Positions 1 to 11,679 of a stretch of DNA of 64,000 bases are shown here, in pieces. Position numbers and translations under genes: made by a program. The DNA is from Rotaria socialis (taxonomy: Eukaryota): NCBI GenBank assembly GCA_905331295.1, contig CAJNYD010000061.1:1877-65876 (forward strand). The letters are read 5' to 3'. Each line of letters opens with the position of its first letter. Position 1 is the stretch's first letter. The notes beneath the pieces were generated by a model, which was not told the DNA's origin, made no database searches, and saw only the letters and a list, made by a program, of their open reading frames with translations.

Positions 1-750
1 TCAGTACAAACGTAGGGACCCGACAAGGTGATTCTCTGTCACCACTACTGTTCATCGCATATCTCAAACGAGTGAATAACCTAAGATTTGCGGATGACAT
101 TGATCTAATAGACGAAGACTGTAGTTCCTTACAGAAACAAATCGAGACAACGAGAATAGCCACATAACAAGCAGGGCTACTCGTAAAAACAGCCATACAC
201 ATAGGAGGAAAAACTATAGAAAATGTGGATAAATTCGAATATCTAGGAAGCCTATTGACGTGGGATAACAACTGCTCAGAAGAGATAAAAGAAGAAGAAT
301 AGGAAAAGCAACTGGAGCAATGGCATCCTTGAAATATATATGGAATGGCAAGAAACTAACAATAAAAAACAAATTAAGGATCCTAGCAACATGTGTCTTC
401 AGTGTGCTACTATACGCCTCGGAAACATGGACCCTGAAAGAAACCGACAAGTAAAAGCTACTGGCATTCAAAATGAAATGCTACCGAAGGGTACTAAGAA
501 TCAGCTGGACAGATATGATATAATAGACATAGTTAAGAAGATACAATTAAGACTATTCAGCCATATCTGTAGAATGAACGATAATAGACTAATCAAACAC
601 AATGTAGAGAATGGCTGGATGGCATCAAAGATTGGTGCGGAAGCAGCGGACAAGACCATTTCCACCAAGCGCAAGACCGACGGTTATGGAAGAAACTAAT
701 CCACAAAGTGGTTGGCCCCGACGGGCGATAAGCCTATGGGACATCATGAA
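1..750 (+). mobile_element. Degenerate non-LTR retrotransposon (LINE, RTE/CR1-like), RT 3' fragment
   Basis: Translation near 3-120 gives GTRQGDSLSPLLF...NLRFADDIDL (RT motifs). Frameshifted continuation includes FEYLGS, YASETWTL and LRLFSHICRM. Stops and frameshifts are present. Confidence 0.9.
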
Positions 751-904
751 GCATGAATAGAAATATATTGGAATGAGGAATAATTCTCATTTAAATAAAG
801 AGTATAGAATAACTTCATGAAATATTATATGTAATTTATACAGAAATGATTCAATTGCAAACACGTAGCACAGTATAATTCTGATTCTGTGAAAATGGTA
901 TGTA

Positions 905-1726
905 CCCTAGTGAAACATCTTGTAAGCAAGATCTGGAAATCTTGGGATTGGTGTGCCGATATTGATGGCACGCTTCGATGATTCTCCTTCCTTCTCTTTC
1001 TGTTCTCTTTCCATTGTTCTAATATCTCTCTCTATTGTCTCTCTTCTATCTCTCTCCTATATATACGTGCGTTATGTATGAAGTTGGTACACTCTACAGA
1101 TGTCAGATGACACAATACACCATCATGCCGACGGGCATAGGCGACAGTCTCTAGTTTTGTCGTTACACTCTGGATATGTGAAGAAGCGAATAAACATCAT
1201 TGCCATGAGTGGCTATAAGCTACTTCACTCTAATCCAGTTGTTCGTTACAGTTGGTAAGTAAGATCTTCGCAAGATCATGGAAAAGATATCGTTTACTAT
1301 TATCTTCTCACAAGATGTTGAGTAAAACAGAAAGCAACATCATTAGTTTATTTAGATAGGATATCTAGTCATTCACCACCTTTTTGTGCATACAAAATTG
1401 AATATAAGCAACATGATTGAACATGTAAAACATAATTTTTCAAGATAAGTTGTTTTCTAAACTATTTCTCGACTATTGATTATTCGAGAGAATGCTGATC
1501 TCGATCATCGACCGAGAGAGGACTACCCGAAATTGGTCTGACGAAAATCGGACCAACTTAAAGCCGATCAGAGCCCAACATCTGAGTTATTCAGGACAGA
1601 AATAATTATTATTAAAATAAATTGAAAAAATATCAAACATGCTTTCAGAATGCATCATTCAAAATCTTATGAATTCTTACTTAAGATCTGTACCCAAGAT
1701 CTTACTTACAAGATGTTTCACTAGGG
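905..1726. mobile_element. Non-autonomous TIR element (MITE) interrupted by a solo LTR
   Basis: About 30-bp TIRs: CCCTAGTGAAACATCTTGTAAGCAAGATC at 905 and its near-perfect reverse complement ending at 1726. Internal AAGATCTT-like repeats. Confidence 0.85.
952..1250 (+). mobile_element. Solo LTR (TG...CA)
   Basis: Begins TGT and ends TTACA. CT-rich tract, TATATA near 1058, AATAAA near 1189. Flanks ATTGG/GTTGG form an imperfect 5-bp TSD. Confidence 0.7.
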
Positions 1727-2164
1727 CAAACTCAACCTTATAGCAACGCATTGAAGCAGTTAAAAGAATTTAAAGTTGTCTTTTTTTCTATAGTCAATAA
1801 ATGGTTCAAAGAACGCAAAATCCTATATCTCTTATCAATAACATTATCATATTGTGAACTACTGCATACAATTGGGTTAAGCTGAACAAATACGTTATAT
1901 CTATATTATGAATGGTGATACAACGAGATATATTATTGGTCTGCTCTAACAATGCTGAAGTCCATCATTGATGAAAAATTATATATGCATAAGCACATTA
2001 TTGGTATATGTTCATTAGATTAAAATATTGGAAACCTTCACCTACCATTGAAAGAAAAAAAGAGCTTCATTGGTACAGTAATCACTTATATATGTTTCTT
2101 TTTTTCTTGGCAATTGTATACAAAACTAATGTAGTTTTTCTCTTTTTGGTTGTTGCTCATTTAA

Positions 2165-3223
2165 TCCTACGTTGGTGTTGTGGGGTCCACGTGGACCCAT
2201 CTAACAATTTCCCCACTACTAATTATCCACTCTTTATTGTTTTGGATTATTTCATTTCCCTAAGCTCTAATCCTTAGTTGACCCATAATATCCTCACGAG
2301 ATGTCAGAAATACCTCTACGGAGGGAGGAATACAGTGGTGGGTCCGCGCGGACCCAAGAACACTCATTGTGTTATAAGTATGATCTTTTGTCTTACTAAA
2401 GCTGCCTTGTATTTTCTTTCAACTGTTTTCCAAACAGATGTGTTATGATTTATTTCCACATTCATTTATAGTGCTAATGACTCATCCTTTCTTCGTCTAA
2501 AGTGAAATTCGAACTTGTAACTATTTCCAAAATCAACAATATATTTCTGTCTACTGCTACTTGTCTGCTTATTGTGATTGGTTGAATCTGTTATTAACTC
2601 TTCTAAACATGTGAGAAAATTAAAATATAACATGCATTGTCACTTTTTCTGTTATTATATAGCATGAGCGCAATACCTAAGTCAAATATAAAACGAATTC
2701 GAGATATTCTATTAGCAGATGAAAATAGAATTAATAATGATGTTAATGATAATCAAGGTTCTGATTCAGATAGTGAATCTGATTTTCTTGCAACTGAATC
2801 AGATGATACATCTAATAGTGAACATATATCAAAAGAATCTGATTTATCAAATTCTGATTTTGAACATGGTGATATTGTTACAGTTAGTCAACCAGAAACA
2901 TTAAAATAGAACGGTGTCATATGGTCCATGTATCCAAACTTTTCTTCGCGCCTCTATTCATTATGTATGTCTGTATACGAGCTTATTTCTACTATTCTAT
3001 TGAAAAAGTGCATCAATTACTCTTTTTCGATATTGTACTCTTTTGGATATTCTTTATTGAACGTAACACACCTATTTGTGAGTGGCGTAATTAGAGGGTT
3101 ATAGTACATAAATGACTAGATGATTCAAAACAAAAGTATCGATTTGCTACAATTTTTTATAGGTAGATCCACTTGGACCCCACAACATTCATAAAGTTTC
3201 AAAATGATAACGTCTACGTAGGG
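2165..3223 (+). mobile_element. piggyBac-type internal-deletion derivative
   Basis: TTAA at 2161-2164 and 3224-3227. Termini (T)CCTACGT...ACGTAGGG. Subterminal inverted repeat TGTTGTGGGGTCCA. Acidic D/S/E-rich ORF remnant at 2663-2909 resembles a piggyBac transposase N-terminus. Confidence 0.85.
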
Positions 3224-3731
3224 TTAATGAAATATCTATTTTTTAAAATTTAAAATTTCGTTTTATTTTACACTCACGGATTCTTCGTTTATTTTATATC
3301 ATAATAATGCACGTATTTTTTCTTATAATAAATTCAACATAATGTATTAGTTCAACACCATTTAGTTGTCTTCTTTTATAAGTCAAATTTTTAATTAAAT
3401 TTATATCAAATATTTTTATTTTCTCTGTAAGCAACAAAGTGAACATGGTGAATTAATTTAATACTCATGAATATTTTCTAGGAATATAATTAATAAATAT
3501 TTCAATAATCGAAAGCTTCTCAAATGAATAATAATTCTCAAGATTAGACTACTATATTGGAATAAATTCATATAAAGCTTTATTCTGCTATAAAATTACA
3601 AAGTATTGCATATGTTTTATGAGAAAATAATTCTCCTTCCATACTCAGTTTATTCTTTTCCAAAATGGAACACACGACAACACAAGTAGAATAATAAACA
3701 AATGAAAAAATATAGATATATAGATATATCA

Positions 3732-3735
<4 letters not shown>

Positions 3736-3762
<27 letters not shown>
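3736..3762. repeat. (GA)n microsatellite
   Basis: Directly visible GA run. Confidence 0.95.
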
Positions 3763-4008
3763 GATAACACCGACACACGTTTAACAACATCAAATGCAAT
3801 CAATAATATCTGAATAAATGATGTATTTATTATATAGATATTTACATAGTTAACGAAGAGAAACAACGAGAGAACATCTTACTCTGAAGAATAGAAAACG
3901 AGAAGAAAACTATCAATTTAGCAGAATAAAGAACAACTGTTCAAAAAGTAACAGATCATTTTGTACAATTTTTAAACACGACAGAGAATGAAAATTTAGA
4001 TCGAAACT

Positions 4009-5653
4009 TTATTGTAAAGTAATCACTGTCGATGGTGATGACGATGATGGAACCATTATTTCCTAAATAATATATATTCAATTCAACAGATAAATTGAAG
4101 CTTTCTTCTATTATTTAAAGATAATTAATGAATTAATATCTGAAGTTTTTTTTATTTTTTATTTAAATGAAGCATTCTTAAAAAAATTTAAAAACTTAGC
4201 TAGCCTTTAAAAAGTATGTTGAGACAAAATATTGTAGAATCTATCGAATTCTTTCTCCATCATCTGTTTTTCTACTAGATGAATTTCAAAAGTATGTTCA
4301 AATACTATTTATTGATGAACAAAAATTTCAATATTTCGATTAACTTACTTGAAGAAACGGTGATTGCATTGTTGCTTGTTGATAAGGATTATTCCACATC
4401 ATTGTTGACAATGGAAATACAGCTGAAAGTTGAAAAACAATGTTTCGATAGCATTCAATTGTCTTAATTTATGATTTCAATTCAATCTACTAAAATATTG
4501 TTTTAGAAAGTTCCTTTTTGATCGATTAATAAAAAGAATATTCATCAATCAATCGATTGATAAATATGAAGATATCATTTTTTTATTATTACGTCTGTTT
4601 GAACGTAATATTTCAATATATTTGTACATATTTCTTTTAAAATTATTCAAAACTTTTGAGTTCTTTTTTTCAACTTTGTCTCGGTAGATAAAACTTCTCT
4701 AATAAAACTATTCTTACCATATTGCTGATGAGGATTAAACATAGGATGGAACATTTGTGGTATTGTCTGAATTGATGGATTAACAATCCAGCCACCAAGC
4801 GTATTGATTATTGCTGGTGGTAATTGACGATATTGTTCGTATGGTATTGGAATTGATGTTGAACATAATGGAACGTTTGCTGGCATAGAATTCGATTGTA
4901 TTTGTACTGGTTCTGTTGTTGATGAAGACAAGCAATTATTATCTATTTATATGAGATTATTTTGATTATTCAAAATATTAACAATTCAAAAAGAAAAACA
5001 AACTTGGACGAAATGATTTGTAATCATTAGAATCATGTTCATTCTTTGCCAAAATTTCTTCACGTTTCAATGCTCTTTTACATTCAATCTATGTAGAAAA
5101 TCAAAATTATTACGAAAAATTAAAAGTAATTGAATACAAACCTTTCGTCCATGGACATCAAAAACTCTTGTAGAACAAACAGCTTTCGTTGTTGCCATAT
5201 CAACAAATGTTACAAAACCAAATCCTAAATCAATTAAAATAGAGCTTTATTGTTGATTTTCAGAGAAAACTTCTTTTTTTCTTACCTCTATGTCGACCAC
5301 TATATCGATCATAGATAATAAAAGCTTCTTCAACCTAAATAGAATGATTTTGAAAAAATGAATTTGTTTAACGAACACTTTACTTGTCCATAAGACTGAA
5401 AAAAATGGGCTAATTCTTCTGGTCCAAGTGATGATGGAATGCCACCAACAAATATTTTTCGTTCCTGTCGATATGACTATGAATTAATCATACAATATTT
5501 TTTTTTAATCCAAATTAAAATTAAACCACATACTGAATCAACACCACTATCTCCTGAATCACTACTAGTACTGGTTATGCGTCGAAGAGCTGTTGATTCG
5601 GGAAGTAGAGATGATGGGATAAAGTGACCTAACATTAATGAGTTATTGCTCAT
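4009..5653 (-). CDS. Musashi/hnRNP-A-like single-RRM RNA-binding protein (about 8 exons)
   Basis: Spliced translation RKIFVGGIPSSLGPEELAHFFQSYGQ|VEEAFIIYDRYSGRHR|GFGFVTFVDMATTKAVCSTRVFDVHGRK|IECKRA (RNP2/RNP1), closest to Musashi RRM2. P/Q-rich tail. GT-AG introns. Confidence 0.85.
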
Positions 5654-6159
5654 GGTTGCTTTTCCTGAATATCACACTTTTCTTTTTAATGATTATTTTT
5701 AATTTGGTAACTGGCACAAGATTCTTCGAGGCAAAAAACGAAGTCTCTACTATGACTCATCGTTAGAACTTTTATTTATTAGAAAAAGAATTTAATACAA
5801 TATTTGTGTTCTTTTTTCTAGGTTCATTTCAATTTTTTTTGAAGATTTACATCGATGAAAATAACAAGTGCATTAATGTGTTACACAAGAGGTTAAATCC
5901 TCGGCTATGATTAGTTGTCGCAGAATTGACGAATAGAAGTTAGGTAAATAATCAAATACTCTGTCGATGTTTCTTTTGGTAAAAAGAACGATGCATTGTT
6001 TTCATTGTATTGAAAAAAAACTTAACATATAAAAATGAAATTTCGATTCTATAAAAAGATTCTTTCAGTTCTCTGATTATTCTTTAAAAATATTAATATT
6101 TTAGATCCTCATCAATCAAATCATTTCAGAGAAGAAAATTTGAACGAAAATTAATCAAA

Positions 6160-7324
6160 ATGTCGTTCGTTGTCAAAGCCGTTGGAATTCTACAACAACC
6201 AGCAACTGGAGTTCTTCTCTGGTATTTTTTTTTCTCTTCAGTTTTTTTTTCTTAATTAACATTCATTGCGATTGATTTAGGAATAACACATCTGTTCGTA
6301 ATATGGCGACCCTGAAAGATAGTAAGCTTGTTTTTGTGTTCAATGGAACATTGTTGTTGACTGTTTGTTTGGATTTTTAGTCAGTCGTCGTTTGAAATCG
6401 GTAAAAAGTATTCAAAAAATTACAAAATCAATGAAAATGGTTTCAGCAGCTAAATATGCCAAGGCTGAAAGAGAACTACGTGCTGCTCGTTCATATGGAT
6501 TAAGTGCAAAAGGTAATAGGAAAAAGATTTTGAAAATAATGATTTTTCATTTTTGTTTTTACTTAAACAAAATCATATTGCAGCATTTTACGATAATTTG
6601 GAAGTAGAAAAAAGTGATACTCCTCAAAAACAGGTTCTTATCGCTGCAACATCCGATCGTGGTCTTTGTGGTGCAGCTAATTCATCAATCATTAAAAGTA
6701 TTCGCACACAATTGAATGAAGAAAAACAAAATTTAGAAGGAACAAAAGTAGTTGCTATTGGAGATAAATCACGTGCTGGTCTTGCACGCACACATTCAGC
6801 AAATATACTTTTATCAGTCAATGAAGTTGGAAAACGATCAGTTGTGTTTTGCGATGCAGCTGCTATTGCGCAACAATTGATTAGTTCTGGTTTTGAATTT
6901 GATTCAGCTGAGATTGTTTATAATAAATTCAAGTAAGAAAATGTTTTTCAGAAGAAAGCCATCAAAATTTGAAAATCAATATTTAAATAGATCGGCCATT
7001 GCTTATACAACATCACGTCAAAAAGTCTTATCAAATGATACAATAGCTGCTTCAAAATCAATTCAAGTTTATGATTCAACTGATGCTGATGTTCTCCGTT
7101 CGTTTCAAGAATATAATTTAGCATCTGTTCTTTATTATACAATGAAAGAAAATGCAACATCAGAGCAATCATCACGTATGACAGCTATGGATAATGCAAC
7201 TAAGAATGCTGGAGAATTAATTAACAAATTAACTACATATTATAACAGAACACGACAATCTGTCATTACAACTGAACTTATTGAAATTATTTCTGGTGCT
7301 GCTGCTTTAGAACAGAAACAATAA
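6160..7324 (+). CDS. ATP5F1C: Mitochondrial ATP synthase F1 gamma subunit (5 exons: ~6160-6221, 6281-6321, 6381-6511, 6583-6932, 6991-7324)
   Basis: [75 protein letters not shown]. Confidence 0.98.
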
Positions 7325-7487
7325 AAAAAAATTAAATCCAGAATTCATTATCAACCTATAATGAACTGAACTTCGTCTTCTTTTAGTAGTTGATTAACTT
7401 CATAAACATACTTATGTCCCCAGTTTTTTTCTCTTTGGTTTCACAGAATAAAATCGTCTAGGTATTTCATTCGATTTTGGTTTTCAG

Positions 7488-10400
7488 ATGTCGAACGAAG
7501 AGAAACAACAAGTTGATGAAACATTTGTAACACCATGGAATTTAGCTATTTATTATCGACGAATTTTTCCATCGCATATATATTGTAAATGGCTTGCTTA
7601 TGGAGAACGTGAGTCATATCATTTATTTCAAAATCAACGATATTTATTAACAAAGAAAACAATTCTGTCGTTCAATAATTGATTTTTTCATTTATCAGAT
7701 AAATTTGCATAAATTTTAATTTTGCAAAAATGTTTCTCAACCGATACTCTTTTTCTTTTCATATCAATAATTGACAAATATAAGCTATTTCTCATGAAAA
7801 TATTCATTTTTTTGTCATAGTAAATTGTTAAAATTTTGATATTAATTTCGTATTTATGATCTTTTATTGATTTTTCGAAAATCATTCAATACAAAAAGAT
7901 AATCATGTATAATACCAAGTTTGTTAAAGTACATTTGGAGTTGGTTTTTATGGTTTCATCTAATTTAACTTTACGGCAGTCAGAATGAAACATTTTGTTG
8001 TCTTATATAAATGATGTTTAATATATATAGTATATACATATTAAACTTGGACAATTATTCAATATACGACATAGAAAATTGAGTATCAAAAAATCTTTTA
8101 GAAAATAAAATTTTATTGTACAGAGAAAAATAAAACTTTTTTAATGATTTTAGCTGCTACATGTTCACAATTCGCTCAACGTGAATTTAGTTTCACACTT
8201 GAAAATGATGTTTATCGTCGTTATCTATCATTTTCTAATCATATGGAATTTGAAAAAGAATTAATAAAATTATGTCCAGAAAAAATTGATATTGGTGCTG
8301 TTTATTCAGCTAAAGTAATTTTTTAATCAATTTAACAATAAACTATTATATTGATTTATAATAATTCAGCCAAAAGATCATAAAATGCTTTCTGTTGCAC
8401 AATTCTATCCAATTGAACGTGAACTTGTGTTCGATATTGATATGACAGACTATGATGATGTTCGATTTTGCTGCCGGTAAATAATTACAGGTTATACTGT
8501 TAAATAAATATTAAAAAAAAACCTTTTTCTCAAGTGGGGCTGATATATGCTCAAAATGCTGGACATTAATGAGATTTGCTATGCAAATCATGGATCGAGT
8601 ACTACATGGTTTGTTTTAGTTCATTGATTATGTTTTAAAAAAATATTATTTTCTTTTTAAAGAGGATTTCGGATTTGAACATCGTCTGTGGATTTATTCT
8701 GGTCGACGTGGTGTTCATTGCTGGGTTTGTGATCAAACAGCACGAGAATTACAATCAAGCATTCGACAAGCTATTGTTGAACATATAACTATTGTTACTG
8801 TAAGATTTATTTTAGTTTATTTTGTATCTTTTACTTATTTTCTATAATTTAGGGTGGAAAAGATTCATCAAAACGTGTAACACTTTATACTCCATTACAT
8901 CCATCGCTTCAGTAAAATTCCAAAAATAAGTTTTCTTTTTATTTGAAAATCATGCTTGATTATAAATTTAGACGAGCTCGTGAAATAATTTTAACTGAAT
9001 TTGATGGATACGCATGTTTAAAACAAGATTTCCTTGGAGATGATCAACGTATCGAACGATTTCTTCGACTTGTTCCTGATGATAATATCCTTTTTTCTTG
9101 ATACTTGATAGAAACAAAAAAAGAAGAATCAATCAATAATGTCTTACAAATGAGAAGTCCTTGATTAAACTTCGACGAGTCTAAAGTTTGCCAGTCAAGA
9201 TCAAGTTTCTTCAACATTTTCTGGACTAGGATTCAATCATGTCCATATTCAAACAATAGGTTCTAATCAGTTTTTCTATGAATTTCTAACCATGGTAATA
9301 AAAATCTAATCAATAGTTTTCGAATCAACAGAAATAAATGCAGAAAATGAGAAATTTTGATTTCGACTTGAATGCATCGAGAACATCTGATGCTCGACTT
9401 AGTTTTGAGTGAAAACTAAACATTTTCTTTTCATTGAATTCTAATTTAAGGTAATCATTATTTGATTGACTTTATTTTATTAGTTTTTTCTATAAAATAA
9501 ATTTTTTCTTCTAGTTAAAACAATAGAAAAAAAGATAGTATATGTACTTGCTTATTATCGAATATATTACAGAAAAGTTATTGATAGATCTATACTCGAT
9601 AAGCTCTATTGAAAATATAATATACGAGTAGCGTTGTAAAAAAAACTCGAACTAATCAGATCTTTATGCTGAAGTTTGTTTCATGATTCTTCTCTGATTA
9701 TGATGATGATCTAATTTGACTAATGATACTAAATTATCATTTGCGAGATAAATTGAGATTGTTTTCTTCTTTTAAAATGTATTTCAAAAATTTAAAGTAT
9801 GTTACAAGAAAAGAATGATTTCCTTAACTTAAAATTTTTACGTCGTCAAACATTACGAGAACTATTTTCTCAATTAACAACATCAGCAGAACGATGGGCT
9901 GCTTTTAAACAACATACCGATGCAATGATTAATTCGGTGACATCTTCTACTAAAGTATTTTATTTGTTGTTTGTCTTACGTTATAAATAAAAAAGTTCTT
10001 ATTATTTAATAGTATCGTAAATCTACATATACAACATTAATTGACGAAATCATGTTTGAATATTGTTATCCACGTCTTGATGCAAATGTAACAAAAGGAA
10101 TGAATCATTTATTGAAATCACCATTTAGTATTCATCCCAAAACTGGCCGTGTTTCAATACCAATTCATTTAGATTCATTGGGATATTTTGATCCGTGTAA
10201 AGAAGGTTCAGTTCCAAAATTAAACGAATTATGTCAACAAGTTGAACAATTACCAAAACAAAATCAACAAAGCGAAGATGGATCTAATGAGAAAACTGCG
10301 ACGAAACAAAAAGGTTTTTATTTTACTTGTTTTACTTAAATTAATAATTTTCTTTATATTAGATTATAATCAAACATCTCTTAAACCATTTATTGATATA

Positions 10401-10553
10401 TTTGCTCGTTTTGTGCAGCAATCACAAACGAGTAAACAAAATGAAACATTAGCTAAAAGTGGTTCGTTTCCTTTACTCAATATTTGTTTCTGTATTTTTA
10501 TCAAATTTTTTTTAATTTTAGATCTTAATACAATGTTATCAGGAGAAATTTAA
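7488..10553 (+). CDS. PRIM1: DNA primase small (catalytic) subunit, about 11 exons
   Basis: [83 protein letters not shown]. Confidence 0.97.
9085..9841 (+). other. U12-type (minor spliceosome) AT-AC intron in PRIM1
   Basis: 5' site ATATCCTTT at 9085. Branch site TTCCTTAAC at 9820-9828. Terminal AC at 9840-9841. Splicing gives in-frame [14 protein letters not shown]. Confidence 0.93.
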
Positions 10554-11679
10554 TCAATTTATCAAAACATAGAATAGTTGTAGAATAGAATGATTCATTT
10601 ATTGTCAGATATATATTTTCTTGTCGGCTGTTTATTTTGTACTTATCATCAGATATCGAAAAAAATAAAATAAAATGATTTACCTGATTGTACTTAGAAA
10701 AACACATTGAAACAATGCCAATTATTTCAAACAATATGTGAAGGATATCAAGGAAAACCATACTATTTGTCAAAGATCTCACTGTAAACTAGCAACCCAT
10801 AAATTTGTCTTGCTTTTTGATAGAGATGATAGACAAGGACTTTTATCTGAGTAGAAGAAGATTTAATTGTTTTTTCTCACATCATATGATAGAATAGTAG
10901 AAGAAAATGTTATTTTTAGATCACATGCAACCGAATAATATTGTATTCGCTACCTCTTTAGTAAGCTCAGGGTTTGCAAAAATAAATGCATAAATAATTA
11001 GAATATGAAGTTTTAAAATAATCGTTAATCAGTTAACTTGCTAATTGATCTTAATCATTTATTATCGACTTCTAGAGATAGATGCATGCTGATGAAACCT
11101 TATGATTATTTTTGTTGATTTTTGACTGAAAGTTAAGCTTGAAAAAGTTTAAAAAAAAAGAAAATAAACGAATCTTTGTTCAAATATTTAATCTAAACAA
11201 GTAAACGAAAATTTTTGAATACGAGAAGAAGAACTTTCCAATGAACTCTATTGAGAAATAAATGATCTCGAAACAAATTTCGTTTATTTTAATTGTTTTC
11301 TTAAATGTTTTGTTTAATGTAAAACGATCATAATTCTTTAAATGTAAATTATATGACCTCGGATCCTTTTTATGTATTTGTTACTCGGACGAATTTACTC
11401 ATTACAATAATTACATGAAATTCAATAACATGAAAAAATGGAGAATATTTAATGGTTGAATTTCAAAATATTGTGAAATATTCGATTAGGTTCATCTTTT
11501 GTTTTTGTTGTACATGTCATATGAGAATTCAAATCATAATTTAACTTTGAAAATCTTTTTTTTATGAAATATAATTTTAAAGTTAAACAAAATACAAAAC
11601 ACAAAAAATCAACAATAATCTTTATCAAGACATAAAATAGCGATTGTTTTTTTCAACGATAGACGAAGATTTTTTCAAT

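Noticed and set aside
6624..7175. Antisense and alternate-frame ORFs over ATP gamma (similarly over Kv, DHX9, PARP1, MRT4)
   Set aside because: Shadow ORFs of real coding exons.
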